Below are positions 1-8,780 of a DNA stretch of 59,411 bases, piece by piece. The notes below the pieces were generated by a model. That model made no database searches, had not been told where the DNA came from, and saw nothing but the letters and a program-made list of their open reading frames with translations. How positions within the stretch are numbered: the stretch's first letter is position 1; every line of letters begins with the position of its first letter. Source of the DNA: a virus (taxonomy: Duplodnaviria > Caudoviricetes); IMG/VR virus record IMGVR_UViG_3300031659_000008, positions 1 to 59,411 of that record. One strand, written 5' to 3'. Both the position numbers and the translations under genes were made by a program.

Positions 1-185
1 CCCATGGAGTGAGCCTCATCAAGCACTATAAGGTCAAATTTAATGTCCCCATGAACCCTATGAAGGCTTTCATAATTAATCACATGAAGATAGAAGTTAG
101 GGTTTAGCTTATCAAAATCGCTTTCAATAGAGCTTATCGCTTTCTTTTTTGTAACAAACAAAACCTTTTGACTTCCTATTTTTTT
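1..185. repeat. Terminal direct overlap with 59227-59411 (circular assembly overlap)
   Basis: 185 nt identical to the window end except position 58 (c vs t); falls inside the helicase gene, so it is an assembly overlap, not a physical terminal repeat. Confidence 0.95.
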
Positions 186-311
186 AGCTATTCCTAATGA
201 AGTAAGAGTCTTTCCTGTTCTCACCTCCATAGCTAGGTAGACAAAGCCGTGTTGTGTAATAACCTCTGAAGCTTTACTTATTATTTTTTTTTGATAATCT
301 CTGTATTCCAT
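1..311 (-). CDS. N-terminal part of SNF2/SF2-like helicase (continues across the junction into 58305-59411)
   Basis: Manual translation from ATG 311: MEYRDYQKKIISKASEVITQHGFVYLAMEVRTGKTLTSLG...; Q motif (RDYQ) and Walker A (RTGKT), in frame with the DEAH-containing ORF at the window end. Confidence 0.9.
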   Translation of the reverse strand, partial: MEYRDYQKKIISKASEVITQHGFVYLAMEVRTGKTLTSLGIAKKIGSQKVLFVTKKKAISSIESDFDKLNPNFYLHVINYESLHRVHGDIKFDLIVLDEAHSM

Positions 312-537
312 TTTTTAATTTAATTTGTGTTATGAATTTACTTAGATAAAACACTTTGTTCCACTCCCTTATACTTTTAAAATAGTTAAACATATCTCTA
401 AGGGATTCTAGCGTTATTCCATGGTTTGGATTATGAATGAAATAACTGCTCTCTTCTTTTGTAAAATTATTAATAGAAATTTTATTAATAATAATATCAT
501 AGGAGTTCCTCATCGCTATGTCTATATCAAAAACCAA
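274..537 (-). CDS. Hypothetical protein (87 aa)
   Basis: ORF overlaps both neighbours in the replication operon; no motif recognised. Confidence 0.55.
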   Translation of the reverse strand: MVFDIDIAMRNSYDIIINKISINNFTKEESSYFIHNPNHGITLESLRDMFNYFKSIREWNKVFYLSKFITQIKLKNGIQRLSKKNNK

Positions 538-2935
538 TTTCTTGTTGTTTTTTAATTTCTTTTATTGAAATCCATCTTCCAATTGAATCTCTCCCTTCTT
601 CTGGAGCAATACCTTCTTTAAACAAACAATAAGCTACTAACCATTTATAAAACTTAGTTCTTGTAACGGTTTGTTTGGCTCTAGGACCATAGTCTGGATA
701 TTCTTGCACAAAGTCTTCATAAAGTTCGTTCTTGTAAATTTTATTACCCGCCTCAAGCCTTTTGTTTGGTATTGTGCCTTCTATTAAACCACACCATTCT
801 ATAAAATCATGGCAGGTCTCTGCCGAAAGCTGTCGTGTCTTAAGATTTACAAATTTACTTTTAACCAGTCCTTTGTCTAAAAACAATTGAAGACATGAAA
901 TCATATAATTATCAAACTGCAACCATTCTTCCTTGCCCCAATCTCCAAACAACATTTGTCCAAATTCTATTTCTGGAGTATATTCTTTGTTGTAATGCTG
1001 ATAAAATTCCAATTCCCATTTTCTTCTGGCAAAAGAATTACCCGCGCCTTTTAGTGCATAGTTAGTTGTAATTATAATCTTTGGCGACTTAGAGAAGGGA
1101 ATGTTAATAGCATCCTTATTTTTCTTTTCAAGGGTAAGACCTTCCGTTACCACACTAAATAGTCTTTCAAAATCAAAGAATTTTTTTACATCATCAAAAC
1201 AAACAAGCTGTGTGTCCGCTGAAACTAATTGATAAGCAAAAGATTTTTCAAAAGTAAACGACTTACCATCAATGTTTACTAATTTTTTCATGTGACCAAG
1301 TGCATTTTTAAAAATACCCTTGCCAGTTCCTCCTTCAGGGTTATCCGATATTATCTCGTCATTTAAAATTACTGCAGGACAATAAGATAAATTCTTGTGG
1401 GCGTGCATTAAAAATCCAATGGTAGATTCCATTGATTTCATCCTTGATATTTCTTGATTGCTTATGTTATATATAAACTTTTTATAGTCACAATTTTCAA
1501 CTTTTTCCTCCTTAAAGTTTCTGTTTATTATATGTTCCTTCCATACATATGAGCCTAAATCGACATAGTCAATGGTTTTTATTTTGTCTTTACTTATGCT
1601 TACCGCACAATTATTAAAAAATAAATAACTATTAATCTTGCTATCTTCAACAAATAAGATGTCTATAGTTCCCAAGAGGGAAAGAAAATCTTCCCTAAAG
1701 AATCTGGTTTGGTCAGCAAAGTAATTATAAATAGACATATCATCATTCTTTTTTAGATATTCTAAAACAAAATCTTTTATCTCCTTTTCGCTTGTATGGT
1801 CTATAAGGTTATTGGTTACCTTAACGAACACATAGTTTCTACTTTGCTCTGGACAATATTTAAAAAATCCATTGTCTTCTAAGAAATCTTTAAACACGAT
1901 GTGTATTATTTTAACTGCTCCTTTATCAGATTTAGTCCAAAACTTCATTTGTTTGTTCTCCTCGTCTGCTCTTTCTAAAACAGAATCTATAACATCATCA
2001 GCTATATCTATCCTAGAGAGTTGAGTTCTAATCTCTCCCTTGCTTACTCCTCTTTTTAGTTTCTGCTTAATTTGAGAGATAGCCTCTTCATCTTCAAAGT
2101 ACTTTGTTCCAAACTTACTTGAGTCTTGATATGCTGAGTTTATGGTGGTTGAAATTTCTGAAATAGGAAAGTCAGAGCTTGCATATTGATTGCACACATA
2201 CTGTGCTAAGTTCTTGTTTATTCCATATTCGTTAAACGCAATAGCTAGTATATAAACATTATGATTCCTCTGGCCTTCTACAATAGGGTATTTCTTAGTG
2301 TGCCATTTTACCAATATATCTACCGCTTTGTTCTCATCTGTGATAGGTAGAGTTGGAGAGTCTTTAGCCACAGACACCTCTCTATACTCTTGGTCTTCTA
2401 TAGTTTCCCATACTTTAGAATTATTGTTATAATAAATTAGCGGGTCATAAGATTCATAACATACTCTGCTTATGTTTTTACTTGTAGTGTCAAAGTATTC
2501 AGAGTCGTGATATTTTTCTAGGGAGGTAAAATATTTAGAATGGTTATCTGCATCGTTAGGAATTCTAACTAATAATTTTAAACCATTACCGCTAGGACTA
2601 ATAAATACACTAAAGGTATATTTATCTTTCATCATCTTTTCTTTATCAAGAAGCATATCCGTTTGTTTCTTGTACCCATCAAAATCAAGGCAAATTAATC
2701 CACTGTGTTCTAGTATTGAGCTGTCGGCTCTTTTAGAAAATGTCCCGCTAAAACAAATAGAAGGTAAATCACGTTTTAATTGATTACGCTCTTCTTTATT
2801 TTTTTGTTTTCTTATTTTTTTTACTAATTCCTTAGACTTTCCATTTCTTATTCTGTCTATAACAAAGTCAACTTCCCTGTAAAAAGGGGCATCTGTGTCT
2901 TTTATGTTCTTAAATATAGTTATTGTATGTGTCAT
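527..2935 (-). CDS. Primase-helicase: BT4734/VirE N-terminal domain, PriCT-like domain, C-terminal P-loop ATPase
   Basis: LPSICFSGTF...HSGLICLDFD...FISPSGNGLK (VirE_N-like), GQRNHNVYILA (PriCT-like), Walker A EGGTGKG, Walker B VCFDD. Confidence 0.85.
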   Translation of the reverse strand: MTHTITIFKNIKDTDAPFYREVDFVIDRIRNGKSKELVKKIRKQKNKEERNQLKRDLPSICFSGTFSKRADSSILEHSGLICLDFDGYKKQTDMLLDKEKMMKDKYTFSVFISPSGNGLKLLVRIPNDADNHSKYFTSLEKYHDSEYFDTTSKNISRVCYESYDPLIYYNNNSKVWETIEDQEYREVSVAKDSPTLPITDENKAVDILVKWHTKKYPIVEGQRNHNVYILAIAFNEYGINKNLAQYVCNQYASSDFPISEISTTINSAYQDSSKFGTKYFEDEEAISQIKQKLKRGVSKGEIRTQLSRIDIADDVIDSVLERADEENKQMKFWTKSDKGAVKIIHIVFKDFLEDNGFFKYCPEQSRNYVFVKVTNNLIDHTSEKEIKDFVLEYLKKNDDMSIYNYFADQTRFFREDFLSLLGTIDILFVEDSKINSYLFFNNCAVSISKDKIKTIDYVDLGSYVWKEHIINRNFKEEKVENCDYKKFIYNISNQEISRMKSMESTIGFLMHAHKNLSYCPAVILNDEIISDNPEGGTGKGIFKNALGHMKKLVNIDGKSFTFEKSFAYQLVSADTQLVCFDDVKKFFDFERLFSVVTEGLTLEKKNKDAINIPFSKSPKIIITTNYALKGAGNSFARRKWELEFYQHYNKEYTPEIEFGQMLFGDWGKEEWLQFDNYMISCLQLFLDKGLVKSKFVNLKTRQLSAETCHDFIEWCGLIEGTIPNKRLEAGNKIYKNELYEDFVQEYPDYGPRAKQTVTRTKFYKWLVAYCLFKEGIAPEEGRDSIGRWISIKEIKKQQEIGF

Positions 2936-3090
2936 GTTTGTGTCGATATTATGTTGATTGGTTTCTTTATTGATAGTGCCTTGTCGAAAATGTCGTTTAT
3001 TTTTCTAACATATAAGAAAATAAATAATTTATTAATAAATTATATATATATATATAGTGTAGGGGTTGTTTTTAATTACTCAGCACATAT
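2930..3090. promoter_or_regulatory. Origin-like element A: TGTCG repeats, AT-rich tract, (TA)n
   Basis: TGTCA/TGTCG/TGTTG at 11-nt spacing, TGTCGAAAATGTCG, TAATAAATTATATATATATATATAG; homologous to 10830-10995. Confidence 0.5.
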
Positions 3091-3100
3091 TAGAGCCAAA

Positions 3101-3127
3101 AAAAAGGAGGTGATTAGCCTCCTTTTT
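3101..3127. terminator. Bidirectional intrinsic terminator
   Basis: AAAAAGGAGG-TGATTAG-CCTCCTTTTT just downstream of the 3143-3403 gene, longer U-tract on the - strand. Confidence 0.8.
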
Positions 3128-3142
3128 ATTAAGGGCAGTTAT

Positions 3143-3403
3143 CTAAAATCCTAAGTCATCAGTTGCAGGCTCTGGCTTCTTGTCAACTTTTTTAGGTTCA
3201 AACGTATCAAGTTCACTATATAGTTTACCCGACTTAGCTATCTTGGTCTGGGTGTTGACCCATCCATTCTTAGCATTAGCTTTTAGGAAAGTAATAAACT
3301 CTTCCACTTTGAATGATTGGTTTACCACCACAAAGTCTGGAGCGTTTTGATTTTTTTTGCTGATTAACCCATCAACAAACACTTTTTCTTTTTGTTCAGT
3401 CAT
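3143..3403 (-). CDS. Putative single-stranded DNA-binding protein
   Basis: Small beta-rich protein with SSB-like acidic/aromatic tail (ATDDLGF), next to exonuclease and annealing genes. Confidence 0.5.
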   Translation of the reverse strand: MTEQKEKVFVDGLISKKNQNAPDFVVVNQSFKVEEFITFLKANAKNGWVNTQTKIAKSGKLYSELDTFEPKKVDKKPEPATDDLGF

Positions 3404-3417
3404 AATAAAAATTTAAA

Positions 3418-4188
3418 TTAAATATTCATGTTTATAATATAGTCTTCTATACTATCCTTTGAGTCGGGAGCAAACCATTTGTTATAGGATGCTACTGCTT
3501 GTCCGACTTTTTCTTCTGCCATACCCATTGCTTCTGGACTAATTTGAAATAATCCTTTATCGTAGTATTCTACACCTTTCTTGTCTATCTTCTTAGTCTT
3601 ACCTATAACAATAAATATTACAGGCAGTTTAAATAAGATTTGGTACAGGTATGCTTGTGTATGGTAATTATATTTTAGAGCGTTTCTGGAAAAACTAAGA
3701 ACATCTCCAGAAGTTTTTAAGTCTATCACGTACTTACCTGGCACAAGTATATCCGCCTTCCCCTTCCAGGGTACTCCCATTATATCATTTGATATTGCGG
3801 GGACTTCATACTGTGCGGTAGGGTCGTTTATAAGTTCAAAAAACTTTAGATTACTCAGCGTATGCTTTACCATATCTTTTATACTATCCGCATCTTTAGT
3901 GAGTAACGCATAATCTAAGTTATTTTCATCTACAAATTCCTTGTACACCTTGGTACTTCTAGAGTTTGCCTCAACAATAGGAAAGTCTTTTGCCTTATTT
4001 TTTTCCAGAATTAATTGATGATAAAATCGCCCTTTCACAAATGCCTCCCCATCTTTCTGTGGGGCTTGAAACTGTCTTGGGTCGGTTGTTAGTGCTTGGA
4101 TATTACTATTGGATAAGTAATTTTTACCCACTCCATTATAGTACTCTTGGTCATCCTTTAGTTTCTTTAGTATCTGCTTCTCGTTCAT
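3418..4188 (-). CDS. PD-(D/E)XK exonuclease (RecE/DUF3799-like)
   Basis: YLSNS, G+FYH, KGKADIL...VIDLKT, YHTQAYLY motifs. Confidence 0.8.
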   Translation of the reverse strand: MNEKQILKKLKDDQEYYNGVGKNYLSNSNIQALTTDPRQFQAPQKDGEAFVKGRFYHQLILEKNKAKDFPIVEANSRSTKVYKEFVDENNLDYALLTKDADSIKDMVKHTLSNLKFFELINDPTAQYEVPAISNDIMGVPWKGKADILVPGKYVIDLKTSGDVLSFSRNALKYNYHTQAYLYQILFKLPVIFIVIGKTKKIDKKGVEYYDKGLFQISPEAMGMAEEKVGQAVASYNKWFAPDSKDSIEDYIINMNI

Positions 4189-4354
4189 CTTGTAGTTTTT
4201 TTACAATTGGTTTATATTCTTTTAAATTTTTAACTATCTCTAATAAGCTGACAACAATATTTCGTGTCTGACTTAGTTCATTAATGATTTGTTGCATAAC
4301 ACGAGTCTGAGATTCAACCTTGTTATTCATTTCTATAAGTTTATTTTCCTTCAT
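4151..4354 (-). CDS. Hypothetical coiled-coil protein
   Basis: ORF overlapping both neighbours in the operon. Confidence 0.6.
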   Translation of the reverse strand: MKENKLIEMNNKVESQTRVMQQIINELSQTRNIVVSLLEIVKNLKEYKPIVKKLQDEREADTKETKG

Positions 4355-4895
4355 AAGCTTTTTTTAATGAAACCTTAGTCTTTCCCTCGATTGTCTTGTA
4401 TTTAGTTTGTAGAGTTTTAATTATATCCTCAAAAGCAACATTGTCTTTATGATGTGCTATATAGTTAAGAACACCCGCCCAATTTCCGTCATCTATATCT
4501 AAAGTAATGTGAGTTTCTTTAACCTCATCTTTTTCTTTATTTTCAATAGCGTTAGCAACCTCTTCATATGAAGCAATGCTTCCTTGACTGATACCTATAC
4601 CCAAAAATCCTAATGCTCTACCTACTGCTGATGTATCGCATACCTCAACATGGTTTCGTTGATTGATTCTAGCACCATCTATATCTTCTTTAGCATAGCC
4701 TGTAGAAGCAACCCTTCCATCGGGATAATAAATTGTAGCCTTCATGATTATAGACGTTTCTGTTTGGTGTATAATTTCACAGTCTTGTCCCCAATCCTTA
4801 TACTGCTCCGTTGAACGGAAGTAGTTTACTCTGGTGTGTACCTCAGCGTATTGTTTACCGCCTTGTACTTTGATTGTGTTTAGTTTATTTGTCAT
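4341..4895 (-). CDS. Putative Rad52/Sak-like single-strand annealing protein
   Basis: YAEVHTRV, ASTGYAKE and EVCDTSAVGRALGFLGIG motifs; close to the exonuclease gene. Confidence 0.65.
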   Translation of the reverse strand: MTNKLNTIKVQGGKQYAEVHTRVNYFRSTEQYKDWGQDCEIIHQTETSIIMKATIYYPDGRVASTGYAKEDIDGARINQRNHVEVCDTSAVGRALGFLGIGISQGSIASYEEVANAIENKEKDEVKETHITLDIDDGNWAGVLNYIAHHKDNVAFEDIIKTLQTKYKTIEGKTKVSLKKAYEGK

Positions 4896-5279
4896 TTAAT
4901 TTAATTTTTGAGTTATTTTATAATACCTTTTCATGGTTTCTTTACGCGTAGTCTTTAGATACTCTAAGTACCTCGCATTATTTCTTCCGTTTATTTCGTT
5001 CTTGTAGGAGTCTTTTATCTTATCTAACCTCTTATTGTATTTATCTAAGGTTATTGAAAGTACAGTATGTACCCACCCCTTTGAAACAAACATCTCATAT
5101 TGCTCTTCTGTAACTTCTTTATAATAATCACATGAAGTATCATATATTTTTATTGATTCCTCTTCTTTGATTATTTTAAATCCGCTTTTTATTCTAGCTA
5201 TTATATCTCCATCATCTAAATTAGCTGATGCATAGTCTTCAATAGCCTCTTTAAAAACAACAGTCAAGTCTCTAAACAT
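4896..5279 (-). CDS. Hypothetical protein
   Basis: ORF tightly packed in the operon. Confidence 0.7.
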   Translation of the reverse strand: MFRDLTVVFKEAIEDYASANLDDGDIIARIKSGFKIIKEEESIKIYDTSCDYYKEVTEEQYEMFVSKGWVHTVLSITLDKYNKRLDKIKDSYKNEINGRNNARYLEYLKTTRKETMKRYYKITQKLN

Positions 5280-5577
5280 TCTCCGACACCTTTTCTAATT
5301 TTTTAATTAAAGGTGTGTAGTCTGGGTCTCCCTCTATTATTTCGCCTATTCTTTTAATAGACTGGAAGATGGTAGCGTGGTGCATTTTAAAACTATTCTT
5401 TTCTAAAAATCTCTGAATGCTAACCACAGGTATTCCCTTTTTATTGCATAAATAAAAGAAGAGTTGACGCGGTTGTGTTTTATTTAATTTTTTGCCTTCG
5501 CTAAAAATATACTTTTGACTTATCCCAAAGTGTTGGGTAATGTTATCAATGTAACTTTGAAAAATATGCTCGTTCAT
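5272..5577 (-). CDS. Stand-alone DnaA C-terminal (domain IV)-like HTH protein
   Basis: ITQHFGIS...PRQLFFYLC...HHATIFQSIKRI resembles DnaA domain IV (PRQxAMYL...DHTTVxHA). Confidence 0.7.
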   Translation of the reverse strand: MNEHIFQSYIDNITQHFGISQKYIFSEGKKLNKTQPRQLFFYLCNKKGIPVVSIQRFLEKNSFKMHHATIFQSIKRIGEIIEGDPDYTPLIKKLEKVSENV

Positions 5578-5723
5578 ATATTGAAAATGTTTTTAACTAA
5601 TTTTTGTAAATCTATCTTTACGATGGTCTCTGGATGTCGTTCTTGCTTTCGTAAATATTCTTGTTCAGATTGAAGCAAACGTTTTCGATAGCTATCGTCT
5701 ATCATATCATATTCATCATTCAT
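5574..5723 (-). CDS. Small hypothetical protein (49 aa, not in ORF track)
   Basis: MNDEYDMIDDSYRKRLLQSEQEYLRK...; ATGA-coupled to the next gene, TAAATTTG box at 5740-5747 upstream. Confidence 0.6.
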   Translation of the reverse strand: MNDEYDMIDDSYRKRLLQSEQEYLRKQERHPETIVKIDLQKLVKNIFNI

Positions 5724-5782
5724 AACTATTAATTTAAAACAAATTTACAACAGTCTAATTTAATGACCTAATTTTTTTGTAT

Positions 5783-5812
5783 AAAAAAAGGGACAACCTT
5801 TCGGCTATCCCC
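5783..5812 (-). terminator. Intrinsic terminator, copy 1
   Basis: GGGAUAGCC-GAAA-GGUUGUCCC followed by a U7 tract; G-U pairs fix the strand. Confidence 0.85.
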
Positions 5813-5893
5813 TTTTCCTGAAGAAAACAAACACTATATTTTTAAAACCAACAGAATCGGCGCGAAGCTTTCATCTATTGGCTGTAATCGAAT
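5783..5893 (-). ncRNA. Candidate ~110-nt small RNA
   Basis: TATATTTG box at 5898-5905, 10-bp stem (5874-5883 with 5846-5855), own terminator; only a 10-codon ORF inside. Confidence 0.4.
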
Positions 5894-5958
5894 ACATCAA
5901 ATATAAAAATATTATTTCAGTATAGCTAATTTTTTCTTTAATATCTATGTATACCTAT

Positions 5959-5990
5959 AAAAAAAGAGGGACAACCTTTCGGCTATCCCC
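5959..5990 (-). terminator. Intrinsic terminator, copy 2 (23 nt identical to copy 1)
   Basis: Same GAAA-loop hairpin plus U-tract, downstream of 6018-6278. Confidence 0.85.
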
Positions 5991-6017
5991 CCCTTCAACA
6001 AACAAAATGAAAATCGT

Positions 6018-6278
6018 TTATGGTAGTATAATACTCGCTACTCCGTACATTGATGTTATTAAAATAATCATCGAAGCTATTCCTAAGATAGTCATTTCTC
6101 TGATAACTTTATGCCTTGATTCTAATTCTTTTTCTTTTGTCAGTTCCTCCAGACACCAATAAGTTCTTCCTTGATACTGTACTGGAGAATATTTATTTCT
6201 GGCTCTTGATTTGATTAGTAAGTCTTGGAGTCTTTCATCCTTAACTTGTTGGCGTACATAATCTGTTTTAAAATCCAT
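6018..6278 (-). CDS. Hypothetical protein with C-terminal transmembrane helix
   Basis: MTILGIASMIILITSMYGVASIILP hydrophobic tail. Confidence 0.65.
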   Translation of the reverse strand: MDFKTDYVRQQVKDERLQDLLIKSRARNKYSPVQYQGRTYWCLEELTKEKELESRHKVIREMTILGIASMIILITSMYGVASIILP

Positions 6279-6442
6279 ATTAATTGATTTTGTTATACGT
6301 CTTATTTTCCCTAGACGTTTGGGGTTAAGTCGTGCAAGGTACTATTTTTTATAACATCCCAAGCTACATCATTTTGATTCGCTTAAAAAGATTAAAATTA
6401 AAATAAATAAAATCCCACTGCTTAACATTATATGAGTAGTTG

Positions 6443-6748
6443 TCATAATTCTTTTTTCCATTCAATTATTGTTTTATCCACCTCTATCACGATGATAGAG
6501 TCTTTAAATCTCCATTCTAAGCCATACACACGATTGTGTCTATCATAGTATATGGAATCTGGTGCTTTTCCTTTATATCTGTCTATATAATCATTAAACG
6601 CTAATCCCCATATTACTTGCTCCTCATGTCCTTGCCCTTCGTAGGAATCTATTTGCCAAACTACTTCGGCAGTATTACCTTCAACTCCTTCGTCACATTG
6701 TGAGTATATTATATTGCAAAACACTAATCCTATTATTAATTTTTTCAT
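6443..6748 (-). CDS. Putative exported protein
   Basis: MKKLIIGLVFCNIIYS/Q looks like a signal peptide followed by Gln, as in Bacteroidota SPI substrates. Confidence 0.6.
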   Translation of the reverse strand: MKKLIIGLVFCNIIYSQCDEGVEGNTAEVVWQIDSYEGQGHEEQVIWGLAFNDYIDRYKGKAPDSIYYDRHNRVYGLEWRFKDSIIVIEVDKTIIEWKKEL

Positions 6749-6751
6749 TTT

Positions 6752-6982
6752 TTATATTTTAGTTTTCCATTTTAATTTAATTTCATCCTTGCTCTGTCCC
6801 GCATGGTCCTCTAACAAGTCAAAGATTATGTCTAACAATTCTCCGTCAGTTAATTCTTCATCTATCAAGCTGTGGTTTAATACTGTGGCTATCTCTGTAA
6901 ATAATTTTACATAAACATGCTCCCAATGAGAAGAATTAAATTTTAACATTTCATTCTCTTCTTTTAATTGTTCTTTAGTCAT
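6752..6982 (-). CDS. Early hypothetical protein (LTDGELLDII motif)
   Basis: ORF in the early array; shares a motif with 7452-7679. Confidence 0.65.
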   Translation of the reverse strand: MTKEQLKEENEMLKFNSSHWEHVYVKLFTEIATVLNHSLIDEELTDGELLDIIFDLLEDHAGQSKDEIKLKWKTKI

Positions 6983-7089
6983 AACATTGAAGCATTAAAA
7001 CAATTATCACTACACCAGCCATCGTGGTCAATAGGTTTGTCGCATTCTCTACATTCATATTTTGGATGTGTTTCTGTTGGGTCTTTCAT
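6979..7089 (-). CDS. 36-aa zinc-binding microprotein (not in ORF track)
   Basis: MKDPTETHPKYECRECDKPIDHDGWCSDNCFNASML; CxxC...CSxxC; ATGA-coupled to the next gene. Confidence 0.6.
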   Translation of the reverse strand: MKDPTETHPKYECRECDKPIDHDGWCSDNCFNASML

Positions 7090-7099
7090 AGTCTTTATT

Positions 7100-7306
7100 T
7101 TAGGCGGTTTCTATGTTATCGTATAAATGATTCATTGGTTTTATTTCAATTCTTTTGTCATGTTTGTTTTTAGGTAATTCAAAAGGTCTAATAAAATATT
7201 TGTCGCAATTAAACCCTTCAATTCTTTTATCATATTCTGATAGAAAATGTCCAGTAATCGGATGGATATTGTGATTCCAAAAATCGTAAGGGGTCTCGGG
7301 GTTCAT
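7100..7306 (-). CDS. Early hypothetical protein
   Basis: ORF in the early array. Confidence 0.6.
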   Translation of the reverse strand: MNPETPYDFWNHNIHPITGHFLSEYDKRIEGFNCDKYFIRPFELPKNKHDKRIEIKPMNHLYDNIETA

Positions 7307-7451
7307 GTTAAATCTTTAATTATTTGGTTTAATATTTTTATTTTACCATTATTAATCATGTATTTGTTTTGCATGAATGGTTTAGTATTCCAATCAGATG
7401 CCCATTTTCTTTCGGCACGACACTCTCTTAACATTCTTTTATATTTTGCTA

Positions 7452-7679
7452 TCATTGTTGATTTATTAATTCTTTTAATTCGTCATCATCAGAGACGTAT
7501 TTATTTAGCCAATGTTTTGCTTTGCACAATCTATCTAGTATCATATCTAATGCTTCGCCATCAGACAAATAATTATCGTTTTGACAATCCTCTGAATATT
7601 TAGGATTAGTGCCTAAATCAATAGATTCTTTAAGTTCATTGTATATAACTATTAGGTCATTTTTTAATTCTGTTGTCAT
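7452..7679 (-). CDS. Early hypothetical protein (LSDGEALDMI motif)
   Basis: A-rich leader AATAAACAAAC-ATG; shares a motif with 6752-6982. Confidence 0.65.
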   Translation of the reverse strand: MTTELKNDLIVIYNELKESIDLGTNPKYSEDCQNDNYLSDGEALDMILDRLCKAKHWLNKYVSDDDELKELINQQ

Positions 7680-7843
7680 GTTTGTTTATTTTAAAGTTTA
7701 TTGTATTTTCTCATATCCTCAAATACTCCTTGTATTACATGGTCATTGTCGCTTTCTTGTATCGTGCTAACAAGCCAAGTTATCTCATCTATTGGGGATG
7801 AGCATATTTCTCTGCTTCTGTTTGTGTTATCATATTTTTGGTT

Positions 7844-8377
7844 TTAAATTAGTTCTCCATCTTCTTGAAATTCGTATTCGTTTGCGAGAATTGTTTCTAT
7901 TATCCCATCGTCTGATATTTCATATTCATACTGACTGGTAAGAAATGATAAAATTTCTTCTGCTATTTCTTTTCTAAATTCCTCTTCCAAATACTCTATC
8001 TCCTCATCGTATTCGCTCCAATACTCAAGCTTTACCTCATATCCATCTTCATTGTTTCCTTCTCCATATTTTTTAACGAGCGCATCTCTATCTTTTATAA
8101 ATATTTTTGCGATTTTCACAAAATCGGATTTTTCGCCAAAAGAGTTGACTATACCTTGAGCGGTTTCAAAACTATCTTCAATCGTTATATTTATTTCTCT
8201 TCTGTAAATATCAAATTCATTTACTTTTATTTTTAGCTCATGTTTGAAATTTTCAAGTTTACATTCATACCAAAAATCATTATCTAGATTTATAGTTCTA
8301 TTATTTTCAATTACTTTTTCTTTTGTTTGGCTATCCAGTTCCTCGAACAGAAAAGCCTTTATTTCCATTATCCTCAT
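7844..8377 (-). CDS. Highly acidic early protein (possible DNA mimic or anti-defence protein)
   Basis: Glu/Asp-rich; FEELDSQTKEKVIE...EYEISDDGIIETILANEYEFQEDG resembles a phage/ICE family I recall being loosely annotated as antitoxin-like. Confidence 0.6.
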   Translation of the reverse strand: MRIMEIKAFLFEELDSQTKEKVIENNRTINLDNDFWYECKLENFKHELKIKVNEFDIYRREINITIEDSFETAQGIVNSFGEKSDFVKIAKIFIKDRDALVKKYGEGNNEDGYEVKLEYWSEYDEEIEYLEEEFRKEIAEEILSFLTSQYEYEISDDGIIETILANEYEFQEDGELI

Positions 8378-8517
8378 TGTATTAAGTTTTGAATTATTCG
8401 GGTGTTTAGTGTTCCGTACTGGCTTTCTTTTAAGATTAAGTAATTTATATCCTCAAAGGTTGCCTTTCGTTCGCTCTGTCTTTTTAATGCTTGTTTAATT
8501 CTATTTATTTCGTTCAT
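8374..8517 (-). CDS. Small hypothetical protein (47 aa, not in ORF track)
   Basis: MNEINRIKQALKRQSERKATFEDINYLILKESQYGTLNTRIIQNLIQ; ATGA overlaps at both ends. Confidence 0.6.
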   Translation of the reverse strand: MNEINRIKQALKRQSERKATFEDINYLILKESQYGTLNTRIIQNLIQ

Positions 8518-8726
8518 CGTTTTTTAATTATAGTTATGCCTTTTTTATTTCCCCCAAAAAAAGTTTTATATCCAAATTCAAAACCTTGTTCAAGTTCAAA
8601 GTCAATCTCTTTCGCTTTGTCTAACATGAAAGAACCACCAAAATATTTATTTATCAAATAGTTTTTTATTTCTTTCTTTGTCGGCTTATTTTCTGTGTAC
8701 GTCTCTATATCTTCAAATAGTGTCAT
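8514..8726 (-). CDS. Early hypothetical protein
   Basis: ORF with A-rich leader. Confidence 0.6.
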   Translation of the reverse strand: MTLFEDIETYTENKPTKKEIKNYLINKYFGGSFMLDKAKEIDFELEQGFEFGYKTFFGGNKKGITIIKKR

Positions 8727-8780
8727 GTTGTTTAATTTGTCATCATGTTGATTTTATTTAGTTAAACTTTTTATTCTCGC

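Noticed and set aside
1-185. Physical direct terminal repeat
   Set aside because: It falls mid-gene in the helicase, so an assembly overlap of a circularised contig explains it better
2927-3154. 75-aa + strand ORF, and similarly 10702-10884
   Set aside because: They run through the origin-like repeats and terminators; low-complexity translations, and the first is antisense to its operon
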